The position numbers and the translations under genes were made by a program. A DNA stretch of 62,768 nucleotides, counting the filler, from Platydemus manokwari (Eukaryota), in the NCBI GenBank assembly GCA_037951405.1. It is 6 parts of 6 records of this genome, joined end to end, with 100 filler letters (N's around TTAATTAATTAA, not from the genome) between each part and the next. Parts side by side here need not be neighbours in the genome. Positions count along the whole stretch, not along the records: positions 41,860 to 51,533 come from JBBMOY011219765.1; positions 51,634 to 62,768 come from JBBMOY010888867.1; 4 more parts are not named here. One strand, 5' to 3'. Under the pieces are notes generated by a model. The model worked only from the letters and a program-made list of their open reading frames with translations, was not told the origin of the DNA and did not search any database. Each line of letters begins with the position of its first letter. The first letter of the stretch is position 1. Below, one piece after another: positions 41,860 to 53,092 of this stretch.

Positions 41860-43132
41860 TTAGTGATTTATAGGGTAATGATTTATATGGGGTTTTCATG
41901 TGTCGGCTCTATAGGGGATTTATTGCAGGGCATGAAATCTAAATGGGGTTTAGGGAGTTTTTACATGGTTTGTTTTTTGGTTTGTTTTATGTGTGGTGCT
42001 ATCCTAACAATTATATCAATTAATCGTAGTGAGCAATATATCTTACTGTTTTAACAGGGTATTTTTCTTCATATTGTGTGACAAAAATTACTTAAAAATC
42101 ATGATCAAAAACATTTAAATAAAGGCTAAAGGGTAAGCCAAATATCAAGCACTACTCTGATAACCAAACACAAGTCTTGTTGGATTTCAGTTCCAATTTA
42201 GAGTTCGATTCTTGGGTTGATTTCGATTTTATTGTTTTGTTATTGGCTAATAGATTTTACATTTTAGAAGTGAATCGATATTTTATTGAGCGTGTTTATA
42301 GTTTTAGACAATCACAGCATTGTATTTTAATTTATTATTAATCGTAACAAGATTGACAGTCAATATCATTATAGAATCATCAATCATCAGTCAACAGATT
42401 TTATTCAATTGATTATTAATGGGTTGTCTGTTGAAACATTATATCACTGTACATGCCAAAAGTGGTAATTAATAATAATTCTTTTAGGGAAATTATCTTC
42501 GTGCAATTTATCGTAGTCCTCTAAGAGCGATAAAATGCCCGATTAAACATATTATTCGATAAATAATTATTCGATATTAGAAATTTTACATAAATTATAA
42601 ATTTCTTACAGTACGAAATAATAAATTATGAATAATTTAATATGGTGATAATGATGAATTCAAAAATAAATAACTTAAGATAAATCAAATAAAAGGAAAG
42701 ATAAAATAAAGAGACATATGTCTTGCGTCATAAAACAAGAACGGTAGTACTATTACAGCTGTATATGTATGGGGCATAGTAGTGACAGTCAGATGTAGAT
42801 TCTACGCTAGTAGCCTAAGATAGTGCCAGGACTAAATCCTAATTCGTGACAACTAATTTTAACTACAATTGTTACAAAAATAAATAATATTCACAACTTG
42901 CTCGTGTATTTAAACTTAAACCAGAAGCGGAGTAAGATAAAACCATATTAGAAACTGAGTAGTATGAGGTTGTTTATAATAAATATGACCATGTAACGAA
43001 TTCTTTGCAGGTTTTTGTGAATAAATTGACTTTGGTTGAATAATATTTGATTATGGTTTATAATAATCGATACACTTTATATATTAGATTTCAATTAATA
43101 CATATTCTCAAATAAAGTTCTTATTGAGAAAT

Positions 43133-43480
43133 ATGAATTATCCTTCAGGACGTAGCACCAATATTTGTAATAGCTATATTCCATTTAGTTTGAATGAAGG
43201 ATATGATGAAGATTCGTGGGTACCTAGCAATTCTAGATGGATATTTTTAACTTTTCTAATGCCAAATACAATGACAATGAGATTTCGTATGTGTTTTGTA
43301 GCACCAATGCAAATTGCCATGAGTGCTTTCTGTACAAGGATGGGTATTCTGTTTTGGAAAGAATTTGTATTTTTCTTGAACGATGAGAGTAAACGGGAAT
43401 TGGAACCCGATGACACACCTTTGTCTCTTAATTTGAGTGATGGTGACATAATTTGTGTTACAAATAGGTTTAATTTATGA
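43133..43480 (+). CDS. SUMO-like (ubiquitin-fold) protein lacking C-terminal di-glycine; 115 aa from first ATG (an upstream exon via the acceptor at 43148 is possible)
   Basis: F.M...PM..AM.AFC.R.G ... F.F..... .L.PDDTP.SL.LSDGD.I.V parallels SUMO (FKIK..TPL.KLM.AYC.RQG...DTP..LEMED.D.I.V); ends VTNRFNL*. Confidence 0.7.
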   Translation: MNYPSGRSTNICNSYIPFSLNEGYDEDSWVPSNSRWIFLTFLMPNTMTMRFRMCFVAPMQIAMSAFCTRMGILFWKEFVFFLNDESKRELEPDDTPLSLNLSDGDIICVTNRFNL

Positions 43481-45849
43481 ATTTTCAAAAACTGATTTCA
43501 TTTGCATAAAAATAGTAAATTTGCGCTTTCATTTCGTGTATTTTTATAATAGAATAGTTAATTGTGAATAAAATTTGCAACTCACAAAGCGGTGGAAAGA
43601 TTTGAGTTGGATTATTTTAATTTGAAATTAATAATATTCTTTTCCAAATTGTTTTCTATTAAATATCCTTGCTGTCATACTCACAGATCAAATGTAATTT
43701 AGTCGCATTCACCAATATGGAAATTTTCAATATGTCGATCAAACTGAATTATCAGGGATAAATGAATAATAACTATTATTTTACTAAAAATATTTATTAT
43801 TATCAAAAATATTTTATAAATAATAAGAAATCAATTGAAATAAACTCTGATAATAATTGAACTCAGCATTTTAGCCTTATTTATTGAGCATGTTAATGGC
43901 TACCATTTCACTAAATGATTATTCAAAACGATTTTAAGGAAGTCAACGCACAAACTACATTTGACCAAAATATTAAAAAATATTATGTGTAAAGATCATT
44001 TTTATGATTTGATTTTAATTAAAATAACTAAAATTATTTATAAAACTTTAAATACCTTTAAAACACAAAACGTAGTATCATTAAGAAGCCTTATTATTAT
44101 TTAGTGAATGACATAATCGATTCTAAATTTTTAAAAAGGTATGAACACTTACTTTATACATTATCCCAAAAGCCAATCAGAAGGTTCTAAATCAAAATTT
44201 TGCGATTGGACTCCAGCTTTTAATCGTGGAATACCAATAGAAAAGAACGAATTATTATGTTTCAATATCAGTCTTTTATTGTCATTAACTTTTTGCCTAT
44301 TTGTCTTAAATGGTACCGAACTCCTTTGCGATTTGACTTTTGCTTGTGGGTTCTTCTGTGATTTAGAACTTCAAATTTTATATTTTAATATACTTTGTTG
44401 TAGTGAATTAAAATTTAATTTATATTAACACGATGACTTAAATAATAACAACCTTACATATCTATAATCTATATCTTTAATTTATTTAATGAAAGTACAA
44501 TTAATTTTCAAATTTATATAGAACTGGTTTTTACAACTAAACTCAATGTTGGCGGCAGCTTTATGCATATTTTCATTTTTGTAATTACTACTGTTTTTAT
44601 GCTGGAAATTCAGTTAATGCGAGCATAATTATCTACGAGAAATGTGATTGAAAATCAGGTTTTATTATTTGTTTATAAATTATCAATAAAACTTGTAATT
44701 TAATGCCACGTTTACAATAATGCAGAAAAGTGTTCAATAAGGAAGACATACTTATAACATGTTCCGGCATTATATGGTTTATAATTTCTAATACTATTTA
44801 TTATGTGTGAGTGTTGTACTGACTTGGATCATAAAAGTTTTTCATCAGTCTCACGTGGTTCAATATGTTAAGGCCTCAGGTGTATTTCAACCTATTTTAA
44901 GATTTTTTATTGAGTAAATTACGGAAAATCCATCAGACGGGTCAACTCATACACACATGATGAGTGCAAGTGAAAATAGCTAATCAGATGCCTTCAGAAT
45001 ATCAATCCATAAAAAGAATTCGATCATCAATTGGAGCACGTAAAAAAAGTAATAAATATCAAGATTCCTCAATATCACGAGAGTTAGAAGAGAATCTACT
45101 AAGAAACTAGTATACAGACGGTTCTAACAAATAAAAAACAAGTCTATAAAGGGGTTGGATGTCGAGAATCACGGATAGTCTTTCATTATCGATAATTTTT
45201 TACATGTATTAATTTTTCTTGTGATCATTCTACTGAGCATTATAGTCATTATTTTTCATTACCTTTTGAGTTCTGATCCCATTGTGAATTATTAATTTTT
45301 TTGGTTCTTTTGAGTGTGATTTAAAATGTGATTAATGTCTATTTGATTTTAAAGTAACTTTAATTCATAATTACAATTTTGAACATCTAGCGTTAGTAAA
45401 TGTCTAATAGTTTGGTGAGTATGAAAATGGTGTTTATAGTAAAGGATTGTTATAGTTTCCGATTATTTTGATTAGCTTATTGCCTCAAAAGATCTTTGCC
45501 CATTTGTATTTACCATGTATTTGAGAAGCAATAACTTTTGTTGAAATCCAAACAGAATGAACTACTATACCAACTACAATATCATTTCACAAATTGGATA
45601 ACAATAAAATATTATCAATAACTACAAATACAAATATGACAAATGCATAGAAATCGAAATTAAAAACTAAAATATATTGACGAAAATTCACAAATTAACA
45701 AAATTCGGATATATAAACTTTTGGCCAAACCCACTGATTTCGGTTTACGATTTAAATAAAGATTCTGGTGCTGTAACATACTAGTACTATTGGAATCGGA
45801 TCAGATTCAATATTGGGATAAATAAAAAAATATGATTGACTTTGAAATA

Positions 45850-46090
45850 CTGCTTTGGTATTAACGAAAGCTTACTAGGTTTAAAATTGCAATAAAACTG
45901 GACATAAGGAGCTTTCATTTCTGGCTCAAACACGGCTTGGTGACATGAATAACTATTCTTCTGATAACCTTTCTTGAAATAATGCTCTCAGAACTGATGA
46001 GTTTCTTGGAAAGTGAGCCATGTCCTCTCTTACTCTAGCTATTTATACTGATTCATGGTATCGTATTTGGTGACTAAATAATCCATTGGA
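45850..46090 (-). mobile_element. Tc1/mariner-superfamily transposase remnant
   Basis: EDMAHFPRNSSVLRALFQERLS resembles the DGA.AH....VLR..F..RLIS segment around the second catalytic Asp. Confidence 0.35.
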
Positions 46091-48220
46091 CTATTTTTTT
46101 TATTTAGGTCACATTATGGAAAAATAGGTTTTATTTTCCAATACTCCCGAGTTTTAAATTTATGCAGTGAATTTTATTTATTCTGTCCGAATTATCGATT
46201 GCCGTTCTAATTTGATTGGGAATTCACTTTGTGCCTTATTTTAATGAATTTTATTTTGAAGCATCGACACATGTTCCCTGAAATCACAAAAATTATTGTA
46301 TAAATATAAATTATCAATGCTGCTTGGGTTTGTAGTGTTGAGTAGTTTTAAGAAGGATGTTTGAATAATGTTTTTAACTATTACATCAGTTTCGAATTAC
46401 AAATGAACAGCAATGTTTTAGAAAGTATAATATTAACAACTAACGAATAACAAGTGACCAGTTGAATTAATTATTGAATTATTATTGTGATATTGTTCAA
46501 TTTTATAAGATCTCTGTGCGGGATAGCTGTAAGGTCCTTTATTATGAATTTGAGATAGTTGGGACCTAACTAATCCGGTAACTGTACGGATAAGCCCTTG
46601 ATGATTAGATGGATTTTAGACTTTAATGAAAGAGTGAGAGACACTTTTCAATATAATGATGACATGCATGAAAAATTTTAAGATAATAATAATAAAATTA
46701 CTGTTGACATGCCGGATCTTTCACAATAATAGTTTCTCCGTTTTCGTCTGTAATTCGTGTAAGAAGAAACTGCTTTAAATAAATAAATAAAGTCCTTAGA
46801 TTAATTGACAATTGAATTTCTCCTCAGTGAGGTGATGTAATCTGCTGACGTGTTCTGATTGGTTCAGAAAATTAACCAATAAAGTTGAATTTCTTCTGAA
46901 ATTTTCCAATAATAAGTTAGTGTTTAAATTGATAGTTGTGTGCATTACAATAACTATGGACGTATTTCTGACTCATATTCTTTTTTACACTATTCTTTTC
47001 AACTTTTCTAATTAATAACTTTCTTTTTTATTACTGCATTTTCTTTAAACTATTTTTCGGCTTTTAAGGATCTTTGGTTCAATTTTTGGAATTATAAAAT
47101 TATATTTATGTTTTCTATTTTTAGGAAAAACCTAATGTCTAGATTTTCGAAAAAAATATTCTTTTATTATTGATTGATTTGTGGTATTTCGATACTCTAA
47201 AGAAAATTACACAAATTTTTTTTCTACCGATTATACACGTATATTAATATTGTATTGTACTTTTATACATTCAATTTGTGGATAAATATTCAAATAAAAT
47301 AAAAAGTTTACACATTCTTATAATATTTTTATACATTGATAGATAAAAAAATTAACGACGGTTAGTCCTGTCTCTCACTATTATCTCACTGTCTTTTGTT
47401 AAACGATCAAACTCCAAAGCCAACACAAAATATGCACTAATTTATATAATTATATTTTTATTAATATTTCTTAAGCTTTAATCGGAAATGATTTAATCAG
47501 GACTTCCAATCGTATTGTCTGTGGGTTTGAGAGACCATATAAATTATTGATTATAGTAAAATGATATACAAAAAATAACATCACAGTACTTATCGACTAT
47601 ACGAAATAAAAGAATTAAAAAAGTAAAAAAATTAATTCATCTTCATATTAATACTGTTGAGTTGAATTCTTAAAGTGAAATTTTATCAATCCATGCTTCA
47701 ACGCCCTGAAATCGATAAGAACACCATATCGAATGGTATCACGATTCATTTTAGAAAGGGTAAATGAAGATTATGAAAAGTTAAACCGTTGAGTTAATAA
47801 TAAATAATTTGGCTTGATTCCTGATTTATTCGACATAGATTGGTCATTTATTTTTCTCTCACTCGATTGAACGTGTGTATACCACATGAAGGTACTTTCA
47901 TAGAATTTGATTGGTTGTTTCAATCATAAGGTCATCCGAAATTGCACGAATAACAACTGTTTGAATTACTGTGCAGAATTTATCAAGAAACCATTTAAAA
48001 TGTTTATTCGCATTATTTATTCATTTATTGAACGACAAATAACACACCGTTGTTTTTATTTATTATAAATAAATGAATATCACAGAAGCAATCGATAAAA
48101 TATATCTGGTCAATCTCCTCACATTTGGGTATATAATTGAATCTGATTGGTTGCTAAATATGTTGCCAATGGTAACCGATTATCTAAGATTACAAATCCA
48201 TCTGAAAATCGGTCAACCAA

Positions 48221-49763
48221 TTATTGATGTTCCTCTAGATCAGTGCCACCAATTAAATCTGCATGTCGAACATTGACACCACCCCAATCGAGAATGTCAC
48301 GATCTGGTGTGTCTTGCCAATTTTCCATTCGCAATTTCCGATTCTGATGCTTGTCCACCTGAAAAGAATACAAAAGCGGAAATAATTATTATGAAATCAT
48401 TCGATTTGATGGGCATACCTCTTTTCGTTCCCAATTACGAATATCGATCAATTTGGCCGTTTTTTCTTCCACATCGAAACCGACAGCCCAAACTTCGATT
48501 TCCAATAATTGTTCCGATTTACCAAGAACCGTTATTGCATTGCAATCTTCATTCAATTCCAGTGCTGGACTCTTCAATGGATTGAGACCGACAAACAGAC
48601 CTCTCCGACCACTTTTCGCCGAGAAATGCGAATAGATAATTCCATTACTATTGCCATTCTGAGATCGGAAACCGGCTGAAGAAAAATTGTAATTTCACAA
48701 CATCATTCCACAACAAGAACGGCTTACATAAATATTTCTGATAAAACGGTCTCAGTTGTAAAAATCGAGCATCGCTTCCTCCGTAACAGTTCCAATCTTC
48801 TCTAAAAATCGATAAATTCATTCCGGTATATGGTTAGAAAAAACAATTACTTCAATCCAACATCGGTCGCCAAACAATAAACGCCAACACTCGATTTGAA
48901 GAGAACCAATAATGGACCTTTATAATCGAAAGATGTTTCTTTAAATCTACGAAAAAAAACATTATTAAGGGATTGGTTTTGGATTTAAATCAATTTTGCC
49001 ATATCAAACAGTCAATAACTTACTTGCTTGAACTGAGACCCTGATATCGACTATTATACAACATGAACCAATGTTGAGCATGCTGAAAAGAAAATTCCAT
49101 AGAATTGCGAGTTGATCTGTAGTTTATTGGTAAACAACTAAACAGAATAAATAATTCGGCCAAATCGATAATAGAACTGTTTAATTGTGATTTAAATTGG
49201 AGACATTTTGTTTGAACAAAATTATCACATTTCAAAATCCGAAGGACAGAACCAGCAAAATCCAGACCAAAATCGGGAAAATTCCGATCGATCCACGAAA
49301 GAAAACTAGATGTTTCATAAGTGATATCAGAATTTAAATTCGATTTTTTGAATGAATTCAAAATAATATCACAAAAATCCTTGCTGGAGGAAAATGAAAC
49401 CCATTTCAAAATTAATTCAATTTCTTCTAAACTAATCGTTTCTTCGATTTTAGATATTTTAATTAAGAAACCGATAAATTTTTCACTGGATCTGAAATCA
49501 AAGTTTTCTAATAATTCCCAAAGACTATCTTCATTTATTTCTTCATTATTTCGATAATAATTACATAATATTTTAACAAACGAACTATCATAATTTTGCA
49601 AAATCATTTCCAAATCATTTACGGAAATTTTCTTTTGTAAATTATAAAAAGCAATCTAAATTCGATGATTTAAATAATAAGTTGATAAAATAAAACTTAC
49701 TATTTTGTTATATGGTGAATCGATAGAAACTGATGATTTCGTAGTGCTAGGTGAATTACCCAT
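48221..49763 (-). CDS. N-myristoylated TLDc-domain protein (MEAK7/TLDC1/Rtc5-like); exons 49763-49701, 49655-49024, 48946-48851, 48801-48728, 48675-48419, 48358-48221
   Basis: MGNSPS start; TLDc motifs W.MLYNS..QG.S..KF....DYKGP.LVLF, YGG.DARFLQLRP, RGL..G, EIEVWAVG, then W.DTPDR.ILDWGG; five GT-AG introns of 45-77 nt, all phase-consistent. Confidence 0.85.
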
Positions 49764-51533
49764 CGAAAATAATTTAATTTGAGAAATTTAAAAATAAGTA
49801 CGATTTAAAAATTAAATCTTCAAAATTCTACTATTGTCTTATAAATATTTAAACAAATTGTTATTTTAATAAAATATTTTTTTAATTTTAGCGTATTATA
49901 TCGCGGAAGAATTATTAATATTTTAATTAAATTTTATTTCTAATTTTATTATAGTCTGAAAGAACAATACTGAGATTTATAATAGTTATTAATATAAAAA
50001 CTAATTAGATAATTTTGTATATTTTGATGATTTACTAGACTATATTTTAAAACAATATTTACAATATTTATTAAAATAATATAACAATTGATAACAAACT
50101 TCAAATCATAGTGTTTTATATCCAATATCAACACTAGACTTAATATGATTTTGTTGATATAAATAACAAAACATCTTGTAAATGATTTATTAGTCACAAA
50201 AATTACCTCCAAAAACAGTCTAACACAAATTATAACATAAATATAACACTGGCAGCTTACATGCTGGCCATTGACCATCTCGGTCTTATTATTTATATTC
50301 GTGTTTTGTGTGTTTCGCTTTTAATTGATTGTTTTGTTTATTGCATTTTCGTTGGATCCGACGACCATAAAATATTGGGATTAATCAATCCCTATGAGTG
50401 TCTCATCATGTAGTTATGTCTCTCGCAAAATTATGATTTTTCTGTTTAAGTCATCTGTGATTCATTGGTTGTCAAGCTTGTATGATTATGTACGTGTGCC
50501 AATGTTTAAATTTCTAAAACAAGGGTTTCTAGGCACGAAATCGCTTTTCTTTTTCAGGATTTGTCTTCACTCAGCAATTTATTTAACCATAATTAAGGAG
50601 CTAAATATATAATTGTTCCCTGTAATAATTTGAATATTATTACAAATTATAATAATTTATAACTTACCAATAAAAATATTTTACGTCTTCAATCGGTAAA
50701 TATTTAAAATAAAATATTCCAATGATGTTAGATTTGTTATTTTAATATAACGAATTTTAAATGTATATTTCCATATAATCGACTAACTATATCGCAATAT
50801 GATTATATGAAATTAAAATTCGATTTTATAACTAAAATAGAGAAAGATTTACTGAATACTAACAATGATCCTAAATTACACTAACAATCATTATACACAC
50901 TGCATCGCTTATCCTCATATAAGTTGTCAAAAGTCAAGACGAAAGAAGATCAGTTGATTAAGGTTAAATATAATTCGAAGATAGCAAGGATCAACATTGT
51001 CATAAATATAATAAAAATAACCAACGATTCAAAGACTTAACAATTATGTCAATTTAAATTCATTAATTTAACATTCTAAGAATATCGACACATTTTTTTA
51101 TTCAAGTGATACCAACAATTTGGGAGATCACATTGAAAGGACTTGTTCCTACACCAGTGATTTAATATTAGCATTTTGGAGTTCTATTTTATTGTAATTA
51201 ATTTTATATTAATATTATATTTAATTAAATAGTCAATTTTTTAATATTTCTAAATATTAAATAATTAAAATTTAAATATTATTTTTAAATCGGGTAAAGG
51301 GATTGGATCTTTAATGTATTATTAATGCTTGTCTTACATTAATATTTGAATATCGACTGCTCGCTTTTTAAAAGTCACATTAAAAGAATCTTCTGCGTTT
51401 TACAGTCATTAAATAAAAAAATAATACAGGGAAATAAGTTCTCAAAAAATAATTTTAAAATTTTTAAATGATATTTTGAAGTTTTATTAATTCTATTCCT
51501 AATTACTAAATTTAATAACGAGGTTTTTTTGAA

Positions 51534-51633
51534 NNNNNNNNNNNNNNNNNNNNNNNNNNNNNNNNNNNNNNNNNNNNTTAATTAATTAANNNNNNNNNNN
51601 NNNNNNNNNNNNNNNNNNNNNNNNNNNNNNNNN
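51534..51633. other. Artificial assembly spacer (44 N + TTAATTAATTAA + 44 N)
   Basis: Same exact pattern. Confidence 0.97.
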
Positions 51634-52450
51634 TGCCTGTCTACTTCTGTTGGCGGGAAAGACTGTCTACTTCTTTTAAAACCAGCTGCAACCCTTTACA
51701 TCGATGTAGCTTTCCTCTGGTCTATGCACACACCTAAGTATCAGTTTTTCTATTAATTACAAAAAAATCATAACACATTCGCACAATGCACAAAATTTGG
51801 GTTAATTTACACTCCAAGGTAGCTTTCTTCTGGTTGCCAGTTAAAAACCGATAGAAGCATTTGATATTTTGATTATTGAAATTTATATTTTCTTTTAAGG
51901 TGTTATGGAATAGAGATGTATATGCTCTTTTTTGCATGTTATTAATGAGTCTGCTTGGGTTTGTGAATGTGCTTATTAATTTTTGTATTTGTGCTACTCA
52001 TCTGACTCATTTAAAAGTGAAATTGATTAGTTTTCTCACATATTAATGGGTCTTGGAATGCTTGGAAATGTGAAAGATTTTGTAACAAAGATTTTTTCTA
52101 CATTTCACAATATCGAGATATCCATCGGATCATGTCTAATTCAGAAACCCTACCCATTGCAGAACTAACTTTTAAAATACTTACAAAAGAATTGGCCACT
52201 TCAAATTTCATTTGATGAAAGCGAAATTGTTTCTCTTGTCGAAAATACAGTTTTTATTGAGAATTCCTCCTCCAACATTTCTTCACAATAAACACGGTCT
52301 AAAGCAGGGATGGCCAACCGGTCGATCGCGTGAGATATTATTCAAATGAAAAGTCGATCTTACGTACACAAAAGTTGGCCACCTCTGGTCTAAAGTATTC
52401 ATCAAAAATTCAAAAGAGAACCGTACGCGATAAATCATTGTATTTAGCAC
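51634..52450 (-). mobile_element. Probable non-LTR retrotransposon remnant (region N-terminal to RT)
   Basis: FNNQNIKCFYRFLTG resembles the F..N.K.FYR.L motif preceding RT in RLE-type elements; otherwise decayed. Confidence 0.3.
52305..52387. mobile_element. 83-nt non-autonomous hAT (Charlie-like) miniature element
   Basis: TIRs CAGGGATGGCCAAC / GTTGGCCACCTCTG (14 nt, 2 mismatches) and a perfect 8-bp TSD GTCTAAAG at 52297-52304 and 52388-52395. Confidence 0.9.
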
Positions 52451-53092
52451 TGGTATACACTTTTATGTTAGCATTAAAAAAATACATACTTTCTCGTTAG
52501 CACATTTACATTTTTAAAAGAAACTTATTAAAATTTTAATTAAGGATATTAATACTCATCATTTCGGGTTTTTATCTTATTATAAAACCGAATATAGAAT
52601 AATAATGCATTAAAATTGGGATAATAAATAATATTCTCAATAAAAATATCAGTAATCAAAATTTGAGAAAATTCAAGTTATAATCTCAGCTAAGACATCA
52701 TAATAATAGCACTAGAGTGAATGCAAAATTGATAAATAAATTGGAACGGTATTAGTCAAAATGCAGTGATTGGCATTTGAAACCATAATATTAACATCAG
52801 ACACAATACAACCTTGACATTACATTGTCCCTTTCAAAATACGAACACTTTTCAATTATCTTTTCAAATCCTTTTAATTGTATATATTTACCAGGAGCTT
52901 AATAAAATCACAATTTGTCATGAAAAATATAAATTCTAACAACAGATTGAAAGAGCTAATCAATACAAATTAAGAATCATCAACAGGTGATTATAGCATT
53001 TTAAAAATGAAAAATTTAAAAATTCCAAATTTTATTAGTGAAAATAATCAAATATAGTTAATCAAAGTCAGGCCTAGATAATCGTTGCAGGA

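Noticed and set aside
41863-42054. Hydrophobic ORF resembling an MFS transporter C-terminus (GSIG..LQG)
   Set aside because: Too short, at a contig edge, and explainable by G/T-rich composition.
42170-42220. B-box-like GAGTTCGATTC suggesting a tRNA or SINE
   Set aside because: No cloverleaf, acceptor stem or A box.
44160-44460. Exon-like minus-strand frame ending FDLEPSDWLLG*
   Set aside because: Could not be linked to a start or upstream exon; no homology.
44820-44980. Merlin/IS1595-like fragment (NPSDG.HT)
   Set aside because: Single weak motif, no TIRs.
45985-46040. CTGATGA...GAAA hammerhead-like core
   Set aside because: Stems I and II do not form; the opposite strand is better explained as a transposase remnant.
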